Source: Lepidodermella squamata
Taxonomy: Eukaryota > Animalia > Gastrotricha
DNA: 64,000 nucleotides
Direction of reading: 5' to 3'
Assembly (NCBI GenBank): GCA_047495785.1
Contig: JBLDXI010000042.1
Coordinates: 1,426,001 to 1,490,000 of the forward strand
Shown: piece by piece, positions 25,533-37,600 of the stretch
Layout: the number at the start of each line of letters is the position of its first letter
Numbering within the stretch: position 1 is the first letter of the stretch
Position numbers and translations under genes: made by a program
Notes under the pieces: generated by a model
The model's database searches: none
What the model was told of the DNA's origin: nothing
What the model saw: only the letters and a program-made list of their open reading frames with translations

Positions 25533-27539
25533 CCACGGTTTATTTGATATAAACCTCCGATGCCGCCAGACAGGGTTGACAGCTCGGCCATAAAATTTGA
25601 ATTTTCAAATGTTATTGCGGGCAATCAATTGCGTGCGCGCGCGATTGACGGTATTGTGCTCACGAGAGAAAGAGACGGTCATTGTGCGGTTTTTGAAATT
25701 ACCAATCACTACTATGAATCCCAGCGAGTTTAACGTTTTCACCGACGCGGATTTCAAAGCCGCTGTTCGGAATCGTCATCCAGAAGCGTGATCTCGGCGA
25801 TTTCTCAAACTACTACAACGGCCGTTTCGATCTCACAGCGTCGCCCGCTTGGCGCTCCCGTTCAGCCCGTGCGGTCATTTGAAGACTGCACCACGGTTAT
25901 CTTGAAGTGCCCGCGCCTCGATTCGAAGGGCATTACCGTCATCGTTAAGAGCAACGAATGATTTTGTGTCTAGCATTTTCAGTGTTTGAGTAGAGAGAAG
26001 ACAGTACGAAGAAGATTACTTTAGGTTTTTGTGGTGTAATAAAAGCGCGCGCATCCGGTCTAACCGTCTTTTTCTTTTATTGCCTATAATTTAAAGTAAG
26101 GTCCTCGCAATTTGACAGGAGTGCATTATAAGAAAGGTTGTATGTATAATGCACTCAGATAACACGTCATCGGTGGTTTATAATCATACAACTGACGTTT
26201 TATTCAATTTGGAAACTTCCCAAGCTATACCTCACTTTTGAATTTTGAACGAAATTTCGAAAATGCTTCAAAAACCTAGAAATATAATTTTATGATTTTC
26301 CTGCGATAGCTGATCGGTTATGCGCTGGAAAACCGTTGGCGCAGCCCTGTCAAAACGATGGCACGCAGAATCCGAAGAACTGTCTCAGTCAAGTCCCCAG
26401 ATTATCCAAGCTACTACACCAGAGATACAGGGTGTTCTTTTCGAAACCGAACATCCTGCCGTAGTCTCGAAAAAAAATCTGCCGGTTAATTTGAGAAAAT
26501 GATTTACTAAAATATTTTTTAAACACTTTTAATAATTATTTTTAATTTTATTTTCAATTGCAAAATGCCTTTGAATTTTAGCGCGTGTTACCACGTCGAC
26601 GCGTTGGTTTTCTAATTTTAGCCGTTAAAACGCCTGAAATCAGGGTTTTCTAACCCAGTTCTTAACATAGTCAGCGAGCGCGTGGCTCCTTGCCTGACAA
26701 ATTTCAAGTCAGTAAAGCCAGCTGAATGCAATAGCCGCGTCCTTTTTTCTTAATCTATCTCAGTTTCCGCGATGTTATATACCAAAATCGCTAAAAAGAG
26801 CCTTAAATTGCGGTTTTTTGCCGTTGAAATTCAGCGCTGGGATCAAAAAGACATCGGTGTAATGTGGTTTTCTGCTGTCATTGAGGATGCTAATGGTATA
26901 TCAAGCGGCCCTGATAAATTATTGCTCAAGTTTGAGTGCGCGGATCAGAGAAATGCACCCTTTTATTGCCAAAGTGCATTGCAACAAGCTGTTTCACTGT
27001 AAAAATGGTAGTGGCATCATATCAATGGATGGAAAGACGGGTAACAAAGTGTCGCGTTGTCAGATTGGTTTGATCAAAATTGTATCTCAATTTGAAATCC
27101 AATGACAAGTTTTTATTTTCAGATTGTCCTTGAGGCGGTCATTACACAACACCTGTCCTAAAATCAGAAAACAAAATGTGACCAAAAATTGTAAATGGAC
27201 AGATTGGATCTGGTTTTTGTTGCTTTTATTTGCGGTGTGACATCTTCAGGGTGCGATCTTCGATCCCGGAGCTGCAGGGGATGGAAAATTCTATTTTGCT
27301 GTATTTGCCAAAATGACTAGTCATTCCGGCGAATAACCGAGCGAAGCGAGAAAATTTTGAAGATTTTCCTCTAAAGCAAGCTCCACAACCTCTCAAAATT
27401 AACGAAACAGTGGTATAAATTCTCATTTTGCTGTCCACCGTCCAGCCTAGCCGAGCTGGGGGGATGATCCCCCCATCCCCCCTGCTGAAAGTCGCACACT
27501 GGACATCTTTTGTTGTTGAGCTCTCAACTTTGGGACACA

Positions 27540-27728
27540 TCGTTAGCGACGTTGAATAACTCGGATTTCGTCTTGTTTACGTCAGTTTCAAGGTACTGGT
27601 TGACAAGTAAAAAGCGCTGTTTTTTACGTGAATGAAGAGGCAAACACGATTGGCTATTTACTTGTCACCCTTCTCCTTGAAACAGACGCAAACAAGCCTA
27701 AATCCGAGTTATTCAACGTCGCTAACGA
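27540..27728. mobile_element. About 190-bp MITE with long TIRs (second copy at 42496-42677)
   Basis: tcgttagcgacgttgaataactcggattt / aaatccgagttattcaacgtcgctaacga, with pairing extending to about 70 bp. Confidence 0.85.
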
Positions 27729-27968
27729 CATGCTCGTAATAAATAAATAAATCAAAATTTTCCCGAATTTTTTCAAGTAAAAAATGATTAAAATGTTGAC
27801 TTTACGGGGAACGATGGGACGATGATCGAAGCAGGAAATCAACTGCGAAGTTTATAGTCAGTAGAAGATAGCGACATTTTTTGATTCGCATGTTAAGTGA
27901 GTTTACCAAGCACTCATCCAGCACACTTGACCAACTCGCTTGACCACTGACTTCATCATCTACGATAA

Positions 27969-28157
27969 CTAGAATTTGCTGGATGCGTGCTGGATCTGTG
28001 CTGGATGAATAGTTTCTGCCAGCGAATTGTGCTGGACAGGTCTCTCAGACTGTGCTTCCACCAGCTGGACTCCCAGGCCATCCCGGCCCCAGACAATGAT
28101 TCCGCCTCCATGCGCAGTTCGATCCCGACGGTATACGATCTCATATCCCGGTAGCAT
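27969..28157 (-). mobile_element. Fragment of a LINE APE-type endonuclease
   Basis: LPGYEIVYRRDRTAHGGGIIVW matches the PGYxxxRxDRxxxGGGV motif of CR1/L2-group endonucleases. Confidence 0.65.
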
Positions 28158-28695
28158 CTGTTCCCCGTAGGTAGGTCCCTTCTAATATTGATTTTCTTAC
28201 TCTACCACGCACTTGATTTTGTATAGGGAAAATCTTGTTATGTTGCCTCGCATTCGCTTAGGCGGTGCCGTAGCCTCGTTATGGGCTTGAGCAGGCGTAT
28301 CTTCCAAACGATTCTTGCGCGGGCGCCCAAGCACCAATTCAGCAGCTAGGACGACGGCAGCAATCACCGGGACCTCGGGAGCAAAAGCCGCGGATCGACC
28401 TCTACGTTTCTCCTTTTTCAAAATAAAAAATGATCGAAAAAACTCTATGAGTGTGCATGTGTCTCTTTTATCATACGAGCGCCGTCGTTTACAGATATTT
28501 TATACATCTACTAATACCTCATGTATGCCTTATTTATTTACGGAAAAAATCATAAATCAAGGATCTTCAAATCAATATGAAGTTGCTGCATTTCAAAAGC
28601 AAATATAATCAGAAAGAATACATTAATAAGTCTCCACTTAACAGCTTTAATTTCACAAATCGAGTTTATAAACTGCAGCTTGGAATAAGTTGAGA

Positions 28696-31600
28696 TTACT
28701 TGAGCGCCGGAATCGAGTAAATTGCGCAGTTTATTTCAGCGATCCGTAGCTGTTCAGGGGAAATGATTAAACTGTCGTAAATGTTCAGACAAGCAATGCT
28801 GCCCGTCAGCGGCGTGATTGGACTTTCCCATGATCTTGATAACGCCATAAAAAATGAATTTACTATTTAGTGAAAGCTAAATGAATTTAGATAATTACCC
28901 AGCCAAACGAAACGTTCCGCTCGAAGTTTCCGGAGCACCATACAAAAATGTTGAACGTCTTCCTTCATTATCACAGTATGCATAGGCATAGTTTGAGTCG
29001 AATGAAACCGATATGAAATGCCAATCAGTAATTTTCGAACACGAAATAACTGTCTGATCCAACGGAGCAACCTCGTAAACAAACTGTGCACTGGACACTG
29101 GATTCGAATCAACGCGAAACTTCAGACCCTTTGCTTGACCGACTGGGGCATACTCAAGAATGACTGTATTCGCGATACCAGCTTTCACAAAAAAAGTTAT
29201 GGCAGCTGCCCCGCTACTCAATTTCACTTTATCGGCTGTCACGGTTATCGGCTGCGTTGAATTGAAGTAGAAGGCCGATTTATCAGTGCCAAACGGGCCG
29301 ACTACTCGCGTGAGACCAGTTGCTGAGGTTTGAGCATCAGCTCTCGGGTTAATGACGTCATTCAAATCGGAGACGAGAGGCCACGTAGCGATACTCGGAG
29401 GTAGAACGGTGTTCGGAGTGGTTGGTGACCAGATTTGACCCGCGTGTATTTGCAGACACCTTTTACGAAGGATCCACAGCTGCGACGATGTCAAGGCATA
29501 CTTGAAAATAGATAAGCATGAAATCACCCCATTAAATGAGGTAGCACCGAAATAAACACCGCCCAGTACCAGTTCGGTGCTAGTTGCGGGAGGCGAAAGA
29601 GTTGTAAGCGAAATAGGCACATTGTTGCAATATCTGGTTACAACCTTCGTTTCACTGTCATAGATTAGGCTGATGTCGATCCAAGGTACTGAAGATGTAA
29701 CGGTGCGGCAAGAAAACGGAGAAACGACCAATCCTAGGCAACAAATTAAAATCAAATCAAATCAAAATCACTCTGTATTTTGCATATGCAAATTGACGAG
29801 AGATCGTAAAAGGTTTTTACACATTAATGATTTTCCAGACTTTTCTACAGAGTTGACTATTTATTATCATGCGCCCACAGGCGCACTGGTTGAAGTAGGC
29901 GGGTTTGAGTTGAGTGCGAGGGAGTATCTGACCAAAAGGGACTTTTAGGGTCCCTTGAGTCGCCCTCGTAGGGAGAAAAACGGAAATCAAAATATCAAAA
30001 TCAAAATTTTCGCTAATTTTCCCAAATGATCATCATCAGTAGAGAATGTTTAGAGAATATTCAAACCAAAAATTAATAGGTATCATTATGTTTTTCACGA
30101 TATGATTTTCCAAGCAGTATATCCAAGCGGTTAAGTAGGATCCTCGAACTAAGGGATATTTTCGGGCCCAAATTTTACGACCAAAGGGTCCCCCTGTGGT
30201 TTTATCTGGAGATTCCCACTGTGGTCTGCCACCCCCCCTAACTCTCGTACTTCGCGCCCTGATTCTGAGATTTGCCTTGATCGCAGTCATCGATACAGCG
30301 TCGGTGTCGAAGTTGTTCTGCTTAGCTGTTGTATTTGGGTTTAGCTGTTGCTGAATGAATATTGCACCAGGGATTATTTCCAGACTTCGGATCTGAGCTC
30401 TGAGCCGCTTGTTCACTCAAATCGAGACGAATAGATAGCCCATCTGCTGTTTGTTTACAGCTCTTTAAGCTGGCATTCGGCGCTGAAGCCACAATTTTGG
30501 ACCAGAGTTCTTTCCGGTCGCAGTTCAAATTGGTTTGGAGTAGAAGATTAGTTTCGCTTGGCAGTTGAGTCGGCTTAGCTCGTTTTCAACGATTGGATCA
30601 GTTTCGGTTGACTGATTCGATTTGATAGCAATCGGCTTGACAGTTGTTTGAGTTGACTTATCGTATTTCTCTCCATGATTCGCCCCCGAATTCGCCCGTT
30701 TCCATAAGGTCGAGAAGAAACTGTTGTTGTTTTGTGTCGATTTTGAGCTCGCTGGCATAGAACTCAATTACTTATTCAATGCCATAGAGCCAAGTCCGAC
30801 AGCTTCTCCTTTTACTAAGTCGCCTATAGATTATCGAAGCATCGCCTTGCATAGGCCTCGGCTAACGGTTTCTTCGTAGAAGCAGGCGAATTTCCTGATG
30901 CAACCAAGCCACGTGGTTGAATCGATGAATGGGATTGCCAGTTGGAAATAACTGACGTTATTGGCGTATCGGAAATAACCGCAGCTAAAATTGTTTGAAA
31001 ATAATCGCGTTCTAGGAACCACCATTGGGTTTCATAACGAAAGTAACCTCAGAAATTATAATATTCAATCGTCCAAAATCGCTTGTCAGATACGTTGATT
31101 TAGCCGCACTTCTTATAGAGCTCTTGGCAAGTGAAAAACTGGTCACGCGACCAAGAAAGAAAAAAACTCTTGATGAATCATTTCGGCATACATAAAAATA
31201 ATACGGTGTAAGATCTTTTTATTTTTTTATCTATAAAGGGAGCACTATCCTTAATTAATCAAATCTCAATTAGGACGACTCATTTGCATATGCACGAACA
31301 TCCTAAGCCGAAATTTACCGAATAAAGTTGTAGCAGGTGAAATGTGCACACTAAAAAAACTTTCACTGAACAATTTAACTGAATTTATGTTTTTTATATG
31401 TTTGAAATTCATTATCAAGCTAGCAAGGCTCCAGTTTAAATCATTTTCACGTACAGCCAAGTAAGAAAAGTCGAACACCTAGAGGTGTGGTTTTTAGTTC
31501 AGTCATAATTCCATTATAATTGTCCACGTGCACTTGTAAGCGTAAGTTATTGAGCGTGTAGCCGAGCTGAATTTACTGTTAAAGCGAAACCCAATTTTGA

Positions 31601-34600
31601 ATTGCACGGGGATTTTCGGCGATCAGAATTGTAGGCGGGAAGAGAAACAAAACTCTCAATTTTAAATATGAGGTACCTGCTACTAATTTGAACTCGGCAC
31701 CGTAATTAGAGAACTGGAAGTCGAGGCTAAACTCGGAAGATGCATTACGGAAATGGAGCACCCGCGCATAGTTCCAGTTAAGTGAATTGAAGTACAGCGA
31801 TATCGTAAACGAAGAGTTGCCTAGAGCGAGCTTGTTGTTGACGATAGTCGGATGACCTTGAGAGGAAGAGAAATTCAGCCCGGAAGAAGCGGTCCTGAAC
31901 GGTCCATATGCGTAATTTTGGGAAGTTCCATTGAACGTTGCGTTGACGTCATTTCCGCTGATATCACTCAGGCCGTATGTCGCAGTCAACGGCAAGAAAG
32001 CAACTTCTGATGGCAATCCAAATGGTGCCTCTGAAATTTTCCATACAGCCAAATAATTTCTAGATAAACAACAAGGCAAGGCGTACGATTTTCGCAGAGC
32101 TCGATGCTTCGAAACGGTTGATTGCCGAGAGCTGTAATGGTTTTTGTCTAAAGTATAACTCTCAACATCAAGTTGCTTTCTCAACATTTCAAACTCACCA
32201 TTCCTGATGGACATAGGCTTGAAAACGAAACGCATTTCGCCGTCATGAGCAATTCATTGGCGCAGATTTTGAACTGTAATAAGATAGCTAAACATACAGG
32301 CAATTATTGATTTCAATGTACGAAGTAGAATTCATTGGATTGAATTTGGGTTTCTTTGAGCTTTTTTCGCTCAAGCTGGGGTTCAGAGGTACGTACCCAT
32401 TCTATTTCGCACATTGACTGCTTTTGAAACGTACCCCGCTGATATCTAGTCGGCAGGATTCGTAATTGACGCCAAAAGTTCCATTCGAATAAACCTTCTA
32501 AACACAAACACGGGACTTTCATTCATTCAATTCATCAGAATCAAAGTACCAAGGGAGCTCCATTTGAACATGAAGCCGAATCTTGACAAATTGAGGCACA
32601 TAGGTAGGCGCTCTGTAGTTTTCAGTAGATAAATTTGAGCAAGTTGGAATTTTCAGAAAACTCTCACTCCAGAATTGCAGCTTTCCGCAGAATTATATGC
32701 TACGCCTCCAATCTGCTTCAGGTCAAATCAAATCAATAAGTGAAAGCAATCGCGATGACTAACGTTATTCTGGGAATCGGGGCAACTAACACCACTGACG
32801 CAACCTTTAAACGATAGCTGAGCGTCGTAGCACCGCAAAAATTGCGCTGCAATAAATTATACCGCAATTGAAACAAATTAGGTTTGAAGGCGCTAAAAGC
32901 TCACTGTTGCAAGCCGCAAAGGAATCAGAAGTGGCTCCATTTGGATTCGGTTTCTGAAAAACAAACACAATGAAGAGCAGATGAAACTATAACATTTAAC
33001 CTCGAGACAATATCTATCCAAGCAAATAATGTACATCGTAAAAAATCGAACAACTTTCAATGTATACCTATCCCCTTCTCTTTCTCATAAGCGATTTCAT
33101 CATTATATGAGAAGATAGCAGTTCACAATAATTCATGCTTCTTTGCCAATCTTCAACCCATTTGCCGCCAATCTACCCCGATCGGCATGGCTTATCATTG
33201 CCGGATTCGTCCAGTTGGGAATAGGCATTTTAAGAATTTACCCATTAAGAATTAAAAAAATATTGCCAGACATAAAACAAAAAGCAGAATCTTCGACTGT
33301 GGGGGCGGGTGAGGATCATTCTTTACCTGCCTTCGCCCTCTTCAAAACCGGATACGGTACATGACGTTTAGTCCCGAAGAGGAAAAATAAAACTATATTA
33401 TTATAATTTGTAATGGGACTAATTCTCGCTACAATTTTTAATTTCTAAAATGTTATTAGTGGTGAAAAGAATACTCACGGTTCCACCAGGGCATGTCGAG
33501 TCAACCGGTATGCAAACAACGCGAGAATTTGTTGTATTATCGACGCATGATTTGTGGCGACCCTGAAAAAGAGCCCAATAAGAGGTCGTCGATTCGAATC
33601 AAATGGAGAAAATACGAAAATACCTGAATCGCGGCCTGGCATGTTTGAAAATTGTTGGCAAACGGAGCTGAAATGTTTCCGACGCGCCCAAGCTACATCA
33701 ATTTAAAACATTTAACCCCGCGCTCTAAATCTGAGATCGTAAACTTACGTCGAATTTGTTCGCTCCCTGAGGGCACGGAACGAGGCAACTGCCGCCAGTT
33801 GTAGCGTCGTAGCACATATTGACAGCCTATATATGAAAGATGAGGAATCATGGCAATCTAACCCTTCAATCTAACCTCAGTTTCACAATCAGCTTTAGTC
33901 GAGTAGATGGTGGTTCCAGGCGTCTGGGGAATAAAGGATAGGGTTTAAGCTCGTTAGGCTTTAAGTCGAGGCATGAACTCACCGCTTGTCCACCACACGG
34001 AAGCTGGGCAGGTTGGCAACCCAAGAAACTCGCCTGTCCCGCGCTAAAACAGCGCCGATGTGGAAACACCGACTGAGGGGCTGGAAATAATAAGTCAAGT
34101 GGAAGTCACAAGGCAATATGAATTTAATTCAACGAACCCGATTCGCACTCGCCCAGGTTTGCGAATGTGGCTCCGGTTGAATATTGATTGGTGCTGCTAG
34201 CCGGGCAAGATTCGCTGCCATCAGTGGGTATGCATTTTTTAAAGGCAAAAGTGTTCGGATCCAAGCATAGCGTTTGTTGTTTCTTTAGGCAAGAAAAACA
34301 TATCAAAAGGAAACAAAAGTAATCAGCGTACGTTGTATTTAACGAGGTAGGTCAGACATTGGCCGTAGTTGTTATCGAAGCGATTATCGCTATTAAATGT
34401 TGAGACCTAGAAAAGACAGCGAATTTAAGATGAGTGGATGTCTATCAGCAGTAGCATACCAAGCTCATTGGCGATCTGCATATTCCCCGGCAAACTAATG
34501 CGGATTCTGATTTGCAGAGAGCCGCAGGCTGAAACGTTTGAATCGCAATTTAAATTCCTGGCATAGGTTAATAAAAATGTATGGCGACGTACCCCAACAG

Positions 34601-37600
34601 AACAATGATTCTTGTCGACGTAGACACCGCCGCTATAAATCTAAAAATATACATTAGCATATGTGATGTAAGAGCATTGCAAATTCTGGGGATTTCAAAT
34701 TACACTAGGTGGTATAATCAGGGTTTTCTATGTAAAAACCTTGATGTAAAAACACCGTGTATAAACACAGTGTAAAAACTGTATTTATCGAGCGGGTTTT
34801 TCCACGTGTAGAAACCCCTAGTTAAGAAAATTCGTAAACTTGTGCTTTGAAGAAGCGAAAACAGCTTGATTTTCATTTAGTCATGCCATTATAGCTCGTT
34901 TTACAGGGGCATGTCACTGTGTCCTGTTTATGGTGACATGCCAGATTAAATTGCAATGCTAAGCATTAAGTGCCACTATGATCGAGGTTTTCGAAAATGG
35001 GTAAAAAACACTGTTTCACTTTATCGTGGCACTCAAAGCTCGGTAATACGGTATCAATTTCCCGAAGACCTATAAGCGGCCATGCCGAAAAGGACCTGAC
35101 TTCGGCAGGTTATGGCAGGCCATGGCAGGCGATGACAGGCGGCTACAGGTGAAGGCAAGCAGTAGGAATAGTCAGCGGTAGAAGGCAAGTCACGTCAGCC
35201 CCCTTGTTACTGCATGCGGCCCGTCGCCCATCGTAACGCGCGCCATAGGTAGTCCACCACCTCTCAGCGCCAGTTCCACCGCCTCGCAGTGTGCGGTCCG
35301 CCTCCTTCGCAGCGCCAGTTCCACCGCCTCACACCTGCGCGCGAACCGCAGATCCAGGGCCCTAAATAAGGTGTGTACGCGCGGTAATGCGGGGTAATGA
35401 CCATGGAAGAAGCTTTCAGCGCCGCGGCTGAGACATTGGCACTATTTATAGAGGAGGAGAGGTTTGACTAGTAATATTTGAGTTTTTGTATCAGAAGGCG
35501 AAGAGCTTAGAGGGCAATAAAATGATGAAAAATTAATAAGAAGGGGTTTATACACTAAGATGGAAAAACTCTGGGATTTATTATACACATGTTTTTACTA
35601 GTTTTGCCGTTTATACATGTAAAAATCGGAGGTTTTTACATTTATGCACAACCCTGGGTTTAATAAATTCTGAATAAAAGGGTCCCCACGAACCTGCGTG
35701 GGCTTCAAAGCAGGGTAAACGTACTAAAAAGTCTCCCAGTAGGCGATCAGGCTTAGCCTCTGATTTTCAACCAATGGACTAACATGATGGTCAGCTATTC
35801 TAGCTTTCCAAACCAAAATTTGAGGAACGTAACTCATGAAAACTGCGAATAATAGTATTGTACGTTGGGACAATGAATTTTTAAAAATGCAGTCAACAAA
35901 TAAAGTCTCCATCTTATGGTAAGAATTATTCAAAGAACACCAGTCTATTTTCGGCTTTCCGATTTAAGATATTTTGCTGAATAATCCTAATTTTCCAGAA
36001 CCCAAATTTCAGACCTAATTTCAGAACCCATTTTCATTGGGGAAAATTTATCGGGCCGTTTCGGTTTACTTTTTCACAGATTTTGTAAAGAAAAATCCAG
36101 CTTCATATAACATGCACAGAGTAAAAGGCTTCAAATAAAGTATGACGCAGCAAATGGTGCACACACCAGATTAAAAGACGACAAAGCACAGAACCATTAA
36201 AGTGAAATAAAAAACGTGTTTACTCGATTTTTGTGAGTGCGTGCGGACACATGTGTTACGCAATGCGTTGCAAGTCATGCTCGTGTGTGCATGTCTTTAA
36301 AATAGCGCAAGGACATGATGATTGCTCATTCGTTTTATTTGATTGAATGGCATTTCAAAACTTCCCGAAGAATGCTGGCGCAGAGCAACCGCGGTCGGCC
36401 GCCGTAAAACCCGGCGCAGCTGTTACGAGTTTTGAAAAGCGGCAGAATAAGGCAACGACGCCGATTGTGACATTTCGAAAAATGTTGTTAAAAAAACCAT
36501 GTGATTTTGTTACATTTAGGCCTCAAATCTCAATAATATAAATGAAATAGCAAATAGTAGCAAGCAAATAAAAAATGTTTCACCTTTGCGCACCACAAAA
36601 AGGGTCATAATTGCTTCGCAAAAATCACTACATACAGCCTTGGTTTAACACGTGTTAATTTGTCCATTAATAACGTTTATTATATTTTGAAGCTTATATT
36701 TAATCTACCGTATTTCATCAAATAATAACCATGGGTACTATTTTTTCCGAAACTCCGAAAATGGTCCAAAAAATGCTATTATTCGAGGGGGGCTATTATT
36801 TATTGGCAATTGACAAATTTTATTACCGCAAGTCGTTTGCGCTGTTCAATTCTCTGTTGTCTGACCTACGCTGCTAATTAATCATCGACATTCACGAACA
36901 AATGCTTACATCCACCACCTTTAATCCGATTAGCAGAATAAGGCGACGCAAGTAGGAGAGCGTTTTCCCTCCTCCAGCGCACCACCTGCTTCGGACAAGG
37001 CATGGCGTGGCTATTATTCGAGGGGGGGGGGGGGGGGCTATTATTCATTTTTAAATGCTTAAAACAACCGAAAATTTCGGGCTTTTATTCGAGGGAGGCT
37101 ATTAATCGATGAAATACGGGACATGGAAACCTTGCTGCTTTGAAGCGTTTAATTTGAAGCCTTTTACTAAATTTTCCCTACTTTACCCCATGCAATGAGC
37201 GGCTGGGTTCGAATACTGAAGCTTTCTAATAAATTTCGAAGCTTTCTAAGACGTTATTTGGAAACACGTGTTTAGGAGAAAACAACTAGGTACCAAACCG
37301 GAGCCCTGACTGCGCCCTGGGCCAAAATCTGCGTATCGATTTTTTAATTCAAAAGACGGCCTGAAGATGGACAGTTGCGTCCGAAACGTCGCCAGAACTA
37401 ATTAAATTCATAAATTCATAAAAATGATGAATAAATTTTGGAAACGCAAAGTTCCTAGAAGTGCTCGACGCTGCTGATTCTCACATAAATCAAGGTTCAA
37501 AAAGTTTGAAAAACAGACACAGAAGTAAATATAAACAGTAAAATATCAGTACCTGCGTTTGAGTGGCACCATTACAGCCAGGCGTAGCCAACAGGCAGCC

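Noticed and set aside
26764-27185. Possible further exons of the Ly6 gene or a separate Cys-containing gene
   Set aside because: Splice-like signals exist but the frames contain stops, so no consistent model could be built.
30036-31025. Minus-strand ORFs in the gene C intron
   Set aside because: Short, broken and without a recognisable motif; probably decayed TE coding sequence.
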